From the NCBI GenBank assembly GCA_044361745.1, contig JBIKIF010000001.1, positions 90,274 through 154,273 of the forward strand: a stretch of 64,000 nt of DNA, written 5' to 3'. Shown one piece after another: positions 38,932 to 47,472 of the stretch. The number at the start of each line of letters is the position of its first letter. Position 1 is the stretch's first letter. The stretch comes from Holosporales bacterium (lineage in GTDB: Bacteria; Pseudomonadota; Alphaproteobacteria; Holosporales; CAZGKG01). The position numbers and the translations under genes are program-made. Below the pieces are notes generated by a model. It did not search any database and had not been told where the DNA came from. It saw only the letters and a program-made list of their open reading frames with translations.

Positions 38932-39738
38932 TTATGCGCTGATTTGAGAAAGCTGACGAACATCTTCGTTTTCCTTACTTTGGGCAATGCGAAGAGCGGT
39001 GGCATTCGCGTTACTAAATTTTTGGATCATCGCAGCGCGTATGAGCTCTGTTGGGCCATCTACGTTAGAGCGCTCGATGGATCCTTGAATCATGGACCCA
39101 AAGCCAGGGTCTCCAGGCCTCCCTTCAATGGGGTCTCCTGCCTCGGGGCTCCAAGTGAACAGGGTGTCCTCATGGGCGATGAGGCCTGCAGGGTTGATAA
39201 AATTAACGAGACTCAGCTGCCCGAGTTCGTCTTGCGTTCCTTCTGGGGTAAGCCCAAGAATTTTCCCATCTTTTTCGACAAGAAAACTCACGTATTTCCC
39301 TGGGTCAATTTTGATTTCATTCGTGAGGGGATAATCTGTAATCAGCCTGAGAATGCCCTCTGAGTCTGTTTTGAGGTGCAGGGCTCGTGTGTATCCCTTC
39401 ATGTCGTTCCCCATGTCCACCTCTAGAAATCCTGGGCCGTTAATAAAAAGGTCGTATTTATTTTTCGTAGAGTCAGCGACGCCTTGACGAAAATCCCGCA
39501 TCGTGGCGGCGACGTAGACGCCGCTACCTGTTTGCAAAGAAGGGATCCCTTGGTTTTGTCGTTTTCCCGTAGGCCCCTCTGTTTTTCCTAAAACATCTTG
39601 GAAAACGGTGTTGGTGAGAATGGCATCGCTGCGATAAAACCCATCTGTCAGTTGGTTTGAGAGATTCGTTGCGACCGTTTGAAGGGCAAAATCGCTGGCG
39701 GCAATAGCAGAGGCGGAGACAAAGGTGGATGTACTCAT
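38932..39738 (-). CDS. flgG: flagellar basal-body rod protein FlgG (divergent)
   Basis: N-terminal rod motif TVATNLSNQLTDGFYR and C-terminal GSIERSNVDGPTELIRAAMIQKF. Position between flgF and flgA. Confidence 0.8.
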   Translation of the reverse strand: MSTSTFVSASAIAASDFALQTVATNLSNQLTDGFYRSDAILTNTVFQDVLGKTEGPTGKRQNQGIPSLQTGSGVYVAATMRDFRQGVADSTKNKYDLFINGPGFLEVDMGNDMKGYTRALHLKTDSEGILRLITDYPLTNEIKIDPGKYVSFLVEKDGKILGLTPEGTQDELGQLSLVNFINPAGLIAHEDTLFTWSPEAGDPIEGRPGDPGFGSMIQGSIERSNVDGPTELIRAAMIQKFSNANATALRIAQSKENEDVRQLSQISA

Positions 39739-39762
39739 GGATTCGTCCTTTTATCAAGAAAG

Positions 39763-40500
39763 CTAGGCAGTGACATGGAGAAGTTGGTTCACGAGCCGAC
39801 TCGAACGTTCGTAGTATTTGCGCACAAGGTCACCGGTCATTTGGGCATCGGTTTTAATTTGGGTCATTTTTGCCAGTGTTTGGGTGATGGAGACATTGGA
39901 TCCTTCGAGGTGCCCTTGCAGAACTGTTGGATTCTCAGAGGGTGTCAGAGTGTTGGGCTCTTTAGGGGTGTAACGGTTTTTCCCTGTGTCCTCTAATGTA
40001 TTCAGGTCGTTCACAGTCATAATTTTGAATTCTCCGATCAGAGAATTGTTTTGATCAAAAATGCGCCCGTCCCGTTCAATACGAATATTGTGCGTTTCCT
40101 CTGGAAGCTGGATGGGCTCTCCAGAGGTATCAAGAAAGGGGACTTGGTCGAAGGTCCTCAACGTATTGTCGTCTGGGTTTAAAAACAAATGACCATCCCG
40201 TGTTACGGTCCCATCGGCGACACTCAAAAAATCTTTTCCATTGAGAGCAACATGAAATGCATTCCCTGTTTTTTCTAAAGGGCCTTGGCTGGCATCTGTC
40301 CAAGAGGCTCCTAAGGCGGGGTAGGCAAGACCATTCATGGGGCCTGTTGCCGCACCGCCAAAACTCATCTCATGGGTGTTGATGCTTTTGTATCGTCCTT
40401 TGTGGCCTGGAATGACAGCGTTGGCGAGCTCGCTTGCAAGATTTTCGATTTCATGGGAATGGGTAAATTGGCGAGATCCAAGAAGAGGTTGAATAGACAT
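39763..40500 (-). CDS. flgF: flagellar basal-body rod protein FlgF (divergent)
   Basis: C-terminal LQGHLEGSNVSITQTLAKMTQIKTDAQM and a weak N-terminal rod motif. Position upstream of flgG. Confidence 0.75.
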   Translation of the reverse strand: MSIQPLLGSRQFTHSHEIENLASELANAVIPGHKGRYKSINTHEMSFGGAATGPMNGLAYPALGASWTDASQGPLEKTGNAFHVALNGKDFLSVADGTVTRDGHLFLNPDDNTLRTFDQVPFLDTSGEPIQLPEETHNIRIERDGRIFDQNNSLIGEFKIMTVNDLNTLEDTGKNRYTPKEPNTLTPSENPTVLQGHLEGSNVSITQTLAKMTQIKTDAQMTGDLVRKYYERSSRLVNQLLHVTA

Positions 40501-40683
40501 GCAGTTTGTCCCCTAAGGCAAATGACAGACAGACCCTATAAGACAAACAATAAGAAAACCATAATTTAGAAAAAATTTGAAATAGGCATCGTTTTTCAAG
40601 ACACAAGAGCATTTTTTTTGTCAATTTTTTAAGGGTTTGTGGGGTTCTCTGTAGAGCATAATTTATGTTCAAGGAAAACGTCT

Positions 40684-41211
40684 ATGGCTGGTCCTTCTCG
40701 TCCCTCTTCCCAGGATTCCCCGAACAAGGAGCTGGATCCTCAGAAACAGACGTCCTCTCATCGGACTCTCTGGATTTCTTTAGGGGTTATTGCTCTCGCA
40801 GGCGCTGGTGCGTTATTCTTCACGTCCGCAGGGAAAGCGTTGTTAGGGATTGACTCCCTCCCTCAAGAGGCAGGGAAAAAATCCAAAGGATCAGCCCCGA
40901 ATACCCAAAAATTTTATGTGAACGTGCCTGATATTTTGATTAATTTGCGTGCAAGCAAGTCAAAAACACATTTTTTAAAGCTTTGTTTAACGCTTGAGCT
41001 TAAAAGTGAGAAAGATGTCAAATATATCAAAGATATTATGCCAAAAATTGTTGACGGATTTCAGGTCTATCTTCGTGAGCTTCATCCAGACGATTTGAAG
41101 GGTGCGGAAGGTATTTACAGCTTGAAGCAACATCTTCTTGCGCGGGTGAATGCAGAAACAGCGCCTGTCATGGTCGACGAAATTCTCTTCCGAGATATGT
41201 TTGTACAATAA
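40684..41211 (+). CDS. fliL: flagellar basal body-associated protein FliL
   Basis: Single TM, then FYVNVPDILINLRASKSKTHFLKLCLTLELKSEKDV, typical of FliL. ATG at 40684. Confidence 0.8.
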   Translation: MAGPSRPSSQDSPNKELDPQKQTSSHRTLWISLGVIALAGAGALFFTSAGKALLGIDSLPQEAGKKSKGSAPNTQKFYVNVPDILINLRASKSKTHFLKLCLTLELKSEKDVKYIKDIMPKIVDGFQVYLRELHPDDLKGAEGIYSLKQHLLARVNAETAPVMVDEILFRDMFVQ

Positions 41212-41240
41212 TAATTTTTTTGGACAAAAGATGGTCTGCT

Positions 41241-42146
41241 ATGGAAAAACCTAAAAAAAATGCAGAAGGAATTGAAGTACTTCTCAGAAAACCGGTGATG
41301 TATGAGCGATTTCCAGTTCTGGAAGCGATTTTAGGACGGTCTGCGTTGTTGTTTATGGGAAGGCTTTATTCCCTTTTGATGGTCCCTCTGGAGGTGCGTC
41401 TTGAGTCGACGCAGACTATTCGCTACGGGGAATACATAAGCTCTCTGGAAAATGGCGCTTTGATGGGCGTTTTTCATACTGAAGAATGGGACAATGATGG
41501 CTATCTGATGATGATGCCTGAGCTCACCCTGTATCTCATAGAGCTGATGCTTGGGGGGCAGCCAGACGATAAGAGCGCGGGCAAGCAGCCAGACGTCAGT
41601 CGTTTGTCTTATACATCGCTTGAGCAGCATCTGATTAAGCAGTTGGCAGGTTACCTTCTGGGGGCCCTTCAGGAATCTTTTTCTGCTATTACATCGGTGA
41701 GCTTTCAATTGGATCGTCTGGAAAACCATACGCACGCCACTTCTTTTATGAGAGAAGATAGTCCTTGTGTTGTTGCCCATTTTTCTGTGTCTATTGGCCA
41801 GTCAAACAGTGTGTTTCAAGTGGTTCTCCCCCATACTTTGATTCAGCCGATCCGCCATTTACTTTCGGATGGTTTTGTGGGTGAAAAGCTGGGTCGTGAT
41901 TCTCTTTGGCTGGCCCATATGGAGCGAGAGCTTCCCAATGCGCCCGTGACTCTCCATGCAGTCCTCGATGAAATGACTGTCTCTTTGAGAGAGGTGATGG
42001 CTTGGGAGAAAGGAACTTCTTTTTATTTGACGGTGCATCCTGATTCTTCTGTGACCCTTCAATGTGGTGGGAGGTCCGTATTCGCTGTTAAAATGGGACA
42101 AAAGCAAGGGGATCTTGCGTTTGTGATTGAGGACACGCTCCTTTAA
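41241..42146 (+). CDS. fliM: flagellar motor switch protein FliM (divergent, short N-terminus)
   Basis: ERFPVLEAILGRSALLFMGRLYSLL aligns with the E. coli FliM ERLQALEIINERFARHFRMGLFNLL segment. LIELMLGG and the C-terminal SpoA-like LREVMAWEKGTSFYL...FAVKMGQKQGDLAFVI are present. Confidence 0.75.
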   Translation: MEKPKKNAEGIEVLLRKPVMYERFPVLEAILGRSALLFMGRLYSLLMVPLEVRLESTQTIRYGEYISSLENGALMGVFHTEEWDNDGYLMMMPELTLYLIELMLGGQPDDKSAGKQPDVSRLSYTSLEQHLIKQLAGYLLGALQESFSAITSVSFQLDRLENHTHATSFMREDSPCVVAHFSVSIGQSNSVFQVVLPHTLIQPIRHLLSDGFVGEKLGRDSLWLAHMERELPNAPVTLHAVLDEMTVSLREVMAWEKGTSFYLTVHPDSSVTLQCGGRSVFAVKMGQKQGDLAFVIEDTLL

Positions 42147-42167
42147 ACCGAAGACAGGTGAATAATT

Positions 42168-42671
42168 ATGTCTCTAATTTTAATATTAGATATCTTTGCA
42201 GGATTTTTTTTGTTAATGGGTTTTTTTTACATTATCTGGTTCAACAAAAAATTAGTTGCCGTTCAGGGGAGTCATCAAAAATTCCAAAGCTTGTTTGATA
42301 CCATCTCAAAAGCTCTGGATCGAGGGCAATCCAGCCTTAAGCAACTGGAAGATATGAACGCAAACATTTCTGGAGCTCTGGATGAAAAAATGGCCTCTGC
42401 TTCTCGTCTGATCCAAGATCTAAACTTTTTTCTTGGCCGTGCGGAGGGGTTGGTTTCTCAATTAGAAGAAAGCGCCCGAGAGGCAAGATCTCTTCAGAAA
42501 ACTTTTCCGACCATGGGGGATCATACAGGAGCTATGTCTCTCCATTCTTTGAGTGAGATGGAGGAGCAGGACTTCACTATGGTGCCGTTTTGTTATGAAG
42601 AGGCCTCATCCGCTCATAATTTGACCATCGGAAAAGATTACAACTCTGTGAAAAGGAGTGGACGTCTGTGA
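42168..42671 (+). CDS. bitopic membrane coiled-coil protein in the position of Caulobacter PflI (DUF6468-like)
   Basis: 167 aa. N-terminal TM ILDIFAGFFLLMGFFYIIWF followed by a coiled coil. The assignment rests on synteny (after fliM, before motE) as I recall it. Confidence 0.4.
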   Translation: MSLILILDIFAGFFLLMGFFYIIWFNKKLVAVQGSHQKFQSLFDTISKALDRGQSSLKQLEDMNANISGALDEKMASASRLIQDLNFFLGRAEGLVSQLEESAREARSLQKTFPTMGDHTGAMSLHSLSEMEEQDFTMVPFCYEEASSAHNLTIGKDYNSVKRSGRL

Positions 42672-43414
42672 CCGTCGCTTTGAGGAGTATTCTGGCCTGG
42701 TTTTTTCAGGGGCGTCCCGCCACCCTGGGATTGTTTGGCATTTTGATGATGATGGGGGTTCATGTGCATCACATGAACCAAGAGGGTGGTGTTTCCTTGG
42801 GTGGGACCATTCTTTCATTGAATGGGTCGAGCGCTCACGGTGCTTCTTCAAAAAACGCTCCTGTTCCGTCCTCCGTTGTTGCAGGAGGCCAGTCTTCAGA
42901 ATTGGTTAGTGCGAAAACCTCAGCGAGCTCCTCTCCTCAAGAAAAGGATTTGATCCAATCGGATGGGGAGATTGATCTTCTGAACTTAAGTCCCGAAGAT
43001 TTTCGTGTGCTTCAGTTCCTGGTGTCTCATCGGAATGATTTACAAAAAAAAGAAAAGGAGCTCACCCTTCAGAATGATCGCCTACAAGCTTTTAGAAAGC
43101 TTCTTCAACAAAAACTGACCCAGCTTAAAAAGTTGCATCTTCAACTCAAGAATCAAATTACAACTTTGGAAAAAAGAAATCAAAAAGATCTCCAGGATCT
43201 AGGAAAAATGTTTGAGGGAATGAAGCCTCAAGAAGCAGCTCAGATTTTTTTAACTCTTGATATTCAAATTGCTCTTCGTTTGATTCGTCATATGAAAAGT
43301 GCAAAGGCCTCAGCTATTTTGACCAGCCTGCCACCCGAACAAGCTGCACAGCTAACGGTCGCCCTTGCACACAGTGCATCTGCCCTTAAACCCACTCGAG
43401 ACGCGGAAGGATAG
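42668..43414 (+). CDS. motE: MotE-family flagellar protein (MgtE_N-like C-terminal domain), membrane-anchored copy
   Basis: GTGA overlap with the upstream stop. N-terminal TM, coiled coil, then FEGMKPQEAAQIFLTLDIQIALRLIRHMKSAKASAILTSLPPEQAAQLT. Confidence 0.65.
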   Translation: MTVALRSILAWFFQGRPATLGLFGILMMMGVHVHHMNQEGGVSLGGTILSLNGSSAHGASSKNAPVPSSVVAGGQSSELVSAKTSASSSPQEKDLIQSDGEIDLLNLSPEDFRVLQFLVSHRNDLQKKEKELTLQNDRLQAFRKLLQQKLTQLKKLHLQLKNQITTLEKRNQKDLQDLGKMFEGMKPQEAAQIFLTLDIQIALRLIRHMKSAKASAILTSLPPEQAAQLTVALAHSASALKPTRDAEG

Positions 43415-43418
43415 AACA

Positions 43419-43934
43419 ATGACGTCTGTGTATTCTATGATCCCCTGGATATCTAAAAAAAATAAAGATTTTCTTGCGTGTGATACAGAAGTTGATTTTC
43501 TGAATTTGAGCCCTGAACATTCTGAGATTGTTCAGTCTTTGGTCTCGGATCGCAATGATCTGCAAGAAAAAGAAGAGAGGTTAACACTTCAGAATGCTCA
43601 ATTACAAGCTTTTGGTAATCTTCTTAAGGGGAAAGTTTCTCAGCTTAAAAAATTACAATTTCACCTGAAATCTCAAATTGTAAGCCTCGAGAATCAGCAT
43701 CACAAAGGTTTAAAAGATCTTGCAAAAATCTTTGAGGGGATGAAGCCTCAAGAAGCGGCTCAGATTTTTTTAACTCTGGATTCGAACAGTGCTATTCATT
43801 TAATTCGTCAGATGAAAAGAGCCAAGGCTTCCGCGATCCTGACCAGTCTGCCACCAAAGCAAGCTGCCCAGTTAACGGTCGCATTCGTGCAAAATGCATC
43901 GATGATTCAACCTATGCGTCAAGCAGAAAGATAA
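43419..43934 (+). CDS. MotE-family paralog lacking the N-terminal membrane anchor
   Basis: ATG at 43419 preceded by GGAAGG. The C-terminal ~150 aa are highly similar to the previous gene (FEGMKPQEAAQIFLTLDSNSAIHLIRQMKRAKASAILTSLPPKQAAQLT). Confidence 0.6.
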   Translation: MTSVYSMIPWISKKNKDFLACDTEVDFLNLSPEHSEIVQSLVSDRNDLQEKEERLTLQNAQLQAFGNLLKGKVSQLKKLQFHLKSQIVSLENQHHKGLKDLAKIFEGMKPQEAAQIFLTLDSNSAIHLIRQMKRAKASAILTSLPPKQAAQLTVAFVQNASMIQPMRQAER

Positions 43935-43938
43935 ACCT

Positions 43939-44388
43939 ATGGTGTCTCCGTATTGTATGATTTTTTCCATGCTTTTGGTTGTTGCGACGTCTTCCCCAAT
44001 GGCCTCCAAAACGACTATCCCTGCGAAATTGGCGCCAGGCTGGGCTCTTGAGGACAAGCAGATCTGCAACCTGCCCAAGCAACTCATTTCTTTTATGCGC
44101 GCCATTGAAAAATTTGGCTGGGAAGAGATCAAGTCTCCTGAGACAGCAGAGGATTGCAAGGACTTAAAGGAGGCCAAAAAGTTTTCAAAATGCGAATGGG
44201 CTAGGGATAAACAAATTGCAAGTAGTTTTCTTTTAGAAAGTATTTCAAAGCTACCTAAGGACAACGAAGTGAAAATAGAATGTTGCTCTTTGTTTAAAAA
44301 TGATATTGTGCGTGATTTTTTTACAGAGAGTCAGCAGTTTATTTTAGGTCTTAGTTGTGGCGATGTTTCATTTATTAGTGAGTCTTAA
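43939..44388 (+). CDS. hypothetical secreted Cys-containing protein
   Basis: 149 aa. Signal-like MIFSMLLVVATSSPMA. Last gene of the fliL-side operon. No family recognised. Confidence 0.4.
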   Translation: MVSPYCMIFSMLLVVATSSPMASKTTIPAKLAPGWALEDKQICNLPKQLISFMRAIEKFGWEEIKSPETAEDCKDLKEAKKFSKCEWARDKQIASSFLLESISKLPKDNEVKIECCSLFKNDIVRDFFTESQQFILGLSCGDVSFISES

Positions 44389-45088
44389 AAGCGCAGACCC
44401 CTCGAGGAAGGGAAAACATGTGGGGATCTTTCATGAGATCTGAGAGGTGTCCTGGGACGCGCTTCTGCATGTGGAGAAGGATTGCCCCAGAAGGGCAGAA
44501 AAAACCCTTGGTCAAAAGGCCAAACAGTTCCACAGCGGGACAGATCCAGGGGATGTTCTGCAGAAGAAAAGGAGGGCTAAACAAAACAGGTGTCTTGGAT
44601 AGAAACGTCAAAGATGTGTCCGGGAGGGCTTGCTTGATTTCTCTGCTCAGGTGTTTTGCATTGGTGTAGAGTTTATTTTTTGTTTGCCAAACCCGCTGCC
44701 AGGAACTGGACTGTTTCAGAATCAGAAGAATAAACTCTCCTTCCGGCTTGAGGACGCGCTCAAAGTCATACAAAAGACGCTGGAGAGACGGGGGCTTTTG
44801 CACCGAAAAAAGAATGCGGTCAAAACTTTGATCTGGGAATGGCAGTAGGTTGGAGGCTAGCCACATATTTTTTTTTGATGGGCGATAGTGAAGACATAGA
44901 CGATTAAATAGCTTGGCTTGTGTACCAAGGAACATGTCATAGCTACGGGGTAAATTCACCCCCAAGATCCGCTCTGTAGGGACTTGATTGATCCAGAGTG
45001 AACTGATTTGTTTTGTGATTGTTTGCATGGAGAAATAGTCAAGGGCTTCCTTCGTTCCTTCTTGAGACGGCTGCTTTTTTGAATCCAT
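44375..45088 (-). CDS. class I SAM-dependent methyltransferase-like protein (conserved alphaproteobacterial type, weak motif I)
   Basis: LLPFPDQSFDRILFS...LYDFERVLKPEGEFILLILKQSS resembles Methyltransf_11 proteins. The 3' end overlaps the convergent ORF by 14 nt. Confidence 0.5.
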   Translation of the reverse strand: MDSKKQPSQEGTKEALDYFSMQTITKQISSLWINQVPTERILGVNLPRSYDMFLGTQAKLFNRLCLHYRPSKKNMWLASNLLPFPDQSFDRILFSVQKPPSLQRLLYDFERVLKPEGEFILLILKQSSSWQRVWQTKNKLYTNAKHLSREIKQALPDTSLTFLSKTPVLFSPPFLLQNIPWICPAVELFGLLTKGFFCPSGAILLHMQKRVPGHLSDLMKDPHMFSLPRGVCAFKTH

Positions 45089-45270
45089 TGTGACTCAACC
45101 TCACCCATTCACTTTTTTTAAAGGGTTTTTCCTTGCTCTCTCACGTCCATTTTGATCTGTATTGTTTCTTTTGTCAAAAAATTAAAGAATGGTGGCGCTT
45201 GGGTTTGCTGAGGGAATTAACTCACAAGCCTTTGCGGGTCGTAAACTTCTTTTGAAGAAGTGTGAATTTT

Positions 45271-46368
45271 TTAGAGGGATGTCTGTCTGTTTGTGGGTTT
45301 TCTGTGGGATGGTTTCATGACGTACCGGATCACATCTGCAACCGCCTGATAATGGGCTGGATGGATGGCGTCTCCAAGTTTGACGCTGGCATAGAGAAGA
45401 CGGGCGAGAGGGGGATTTTCAACAATGGGAATATAGTTTTTTTGCGCAAGGTCTCGAATCCGACGTGCCACACGATCTGTTCCTTTGGCAATGACTAAAG
45501 GAGCGGTCATGGTGCGGGGGGTCCAGCGCAATGCAACGGCGTAGTGAGACGGGTTTGTTAAAATAACGGTAGCTTCAGGAATCGTCTCAGGAAGATTCCG
45601 CATTTGAGAGAACTCTTTTTGAAGTTGTTTTTGCCTTGAATTGCTTAAAGGATCTCCTTCTTGGTCTTTGTACTCTTCTTTGATTTCTTGGCGAGACATA
45701 AAGAGTCCGCGAAATACTTTGTACCATTCGTAGCTATAATCTAGGATTGTGACAATGACCATCGCCCCAATTAAGCCCCAGAGAAATCGTATGAATAATT
45801 GGTTTGTGTGCTCTAAGATGAGTTCGGGCGCGCTCATGGACCTTAAAAAGGCTTCAGGGCTTTTGCCAAAAAGAAAAAAAGATATTAAAACAATCAGCCC
45901 TAATTTTGCGAGTCCTTTTAAAAACTCCACCAGGGATTTGCTTGAAAAAAGGCGTTTGAGCCCTGAAATAGGGGAGATCCGTTCGATCTTTGGTTTGAGA
46001 GACTTGAAAGTCATGGACCATTGGGTTTGAAGACTGCCACTGAGGAAGATCGCCCCCATAAACAAGACAATAAAACCAGCACACAACAGGCCTGTCTGGG
46101 CCAGGATATCCCGTGTGAGGAAAGTCAACGTTTGGGGGTCACAGTCCACTTGTGCTGCAGATTCAATGAGAGGTTTTAAAAGGGAGATGAGACCCTTCCC
46201 CACAGAGCCAACCACCCACCCTAAGCCGCCTAACAACGCCGATAGCATCAAAAAATGGGTGACTTCCCGAGATTGGGCGATCGTTCCCGATTCCCGGGCC
46301 TTCTCTTTTTTGCGTGGGGTTGGGTGTTCTGTTTGACTTGAAGGATCGGGTTTTTCTTGCTCTGACAC
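45271..46368 (-). CDS. flhB: flagellar type III export protein FlhB
   Basis: N-terminal TEHPTPRKKEKARESGTIAQSREV, four TM segments, autocleavage-site variant NPSHYAVALRW. Confidence 0.9.
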   Translation of the reverse strand: MSEQEKPDPSSQTEHPTPRKKEKARESGTIAQSREVTHFLMLSALLGGLGWVVGSVGKGLISLLKPLIESAAQVDCDPQTLTFLTRDILAQTGLLCAGFIVLFMGAIFLSGSLQTQWSMTFKSLKPKIERISPISGLKRLFSSKSLVEFLKGLAKLGLIVLISFFLFGKSPEAFLRSMSAPELILEHTNQLFIRFLWGLIGAMVIVTILDYSYEWYKVFRGLFMSRQEIKEEYKDQEGDPLSNSRQKQLQKEFSQMRNLPETIPEATVILTNPSHYAVALRWTPRTMTAPLVIAKGTDRVARRIRDLAQKNYIPIVENPPLARLLYASVKLGDAIHPAHYQAVADVIRYVMKPSHRKPTNRQTSL

Positions 46369-46373
46369 GGCCT

Positions 46374-47120
46374 CTATCCCAAAAATCCATTAAAGAGTCT
46401 CATGATTTGCCCTTGCAACAAGCTACTCATGGGCATCAGCGCCGTTAAAAAAACCATCAATCCCACCGAAATTTCGAGAGGGCGTCCGACAAAAAACAAG
46501 GGGATTTGTGGGATCAGGCGGTTTAACAAACCAAGAACGCCATAATAGAAAAGACTGCAAATGAAAAAGGGCGTACTCATTTCAACAGCGACTTGAAACC
46601 CGTCCCTGACCCAACGAATCACGGTCGTTGTCATGTCACTCAAGAACAAAGAGCCACCCGGTGGGAATAGTGTGTAGCTTTGATAGATAGACTTTAGAAA
46701 AATAAAATGAAGGTCATTGGTGAAAACAAGGTTGACAAAAAAAAGATAAAGGAAGCCCTTCATGATATCTTGTTGCTCTGTTTGAACGAGTAAACTCATG
46801 ACATTTGAAAAGGCGATTTGATGGCTAATAAAGCTGCCAGATGTGCTTGCAAGCTCAACAAAAATCCGCACAAGAATTCCTAGGAAGAGACCTACAAACA
46901 ACTCTCCTGCAAAAAACTCCATGGAGACCGTTGCTGGAATGAGGGTCTGTTGAACAAGGGTTGGTGTGATGCACATACTGAGGCTCAAGGCCAGAAGCAG
47001 GCGAATTTTTGCAGGAATAAAGAGCTCACCCGTTCCCGGGAGGATGAGAAAAAAAGAAAGCCAGCGGGTGCAAGAAATGCTATAGGGCCAAAGATTGTGC
47101 AAATGCGTGAGATCAGTCAC
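46374..47120 (-). CDS. fliR: flagellar type III export protein FliR
   Basis: 248-aa polytopic membrane protein. The start overlaps the fliQ stop. Position between fliQ and flhB. Confidence 0.85.
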   Translation of the reverse strand: MTDLTHLHNLWPYSISCTRWLSFFLILPGTGELFIPAKIRLLLALSLSMCITPTLVQQTLIPATVSMEFFAGELFVGLFLGILVRIFVELASTSGSFISHQIAFSNVMSLLVQTEQQDIMKGFLYLFFVNLVFTNDLHFIFLKSIYQSYTLFPPGGSLFLSDMTTTVIRWVRDGFQVAVEMSTPFFICSLFYYGVLGLLNRLIPQIPLFFVGRPLEISVGLMVFLTALMPMSSLLQGQIMRLFNGFLG

Positions 47121-47413
47121 AGGTGGCCCAAAGGTGTGTTCTGAGCGCTTTCAATCATGACAATCTTGTCGAACAGAAACCCTGAGAACACTTCAAGAGT
47201 GTGGCCAAAAAAAGGCAGAAGAATAAATAGAAGGCTGAACAAAGCAATAATTTTGGGAATGAATGTCAGGGTCATCTCTTGAATTTGAGTGATAGCCTGG
47301 AAAAAAGACACAACCAGCCCCACCAACAGAGAAATGAGAAGCAAGGGGCCGGCAATTTTGAGGGTGACCCAAAGAGCCTCTCTCGCCACGTCGACCACTT
47401 CGATGCCATTCAT
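47117..47413 (-). CDS. fliQ: flagellar type III export protein FliQ
   Basis: Two-TM protein with GLVVSFFQAITQIQEMTLTFIPK motif. ATG at 47413 preceded by GAGGGA. Confidence 0.85.
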   Translation of the reverse strand: MNGIEVVDVAREALWVTLKIAGPLLLISLLVGLVVSFFQAITQIQEMTLTFIPKIIALFSLLFILLPFFGHTLEVFSGFLFDKIVMIESAQNTPLGHL

Positions 47414-47472
47414 CAATTCATCCCTCAAATCAGTTTTTTTTCAGATCGATCCTTGCATCGATCTTAGGTTGT

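Noticed and set aside
40546-40560. Sigma-54-like element TGGTTTTCTTATTGT (minus strand) about 45 nt upstream of flgF, noticed because rpoN is in the window
   Set aside because: The -24 GG and the TTG are present, but the -12 GC is GT and the -24 region deviates from TGGCAC. It is too weak to call without a position weight matrix score or a mapped transcription start.
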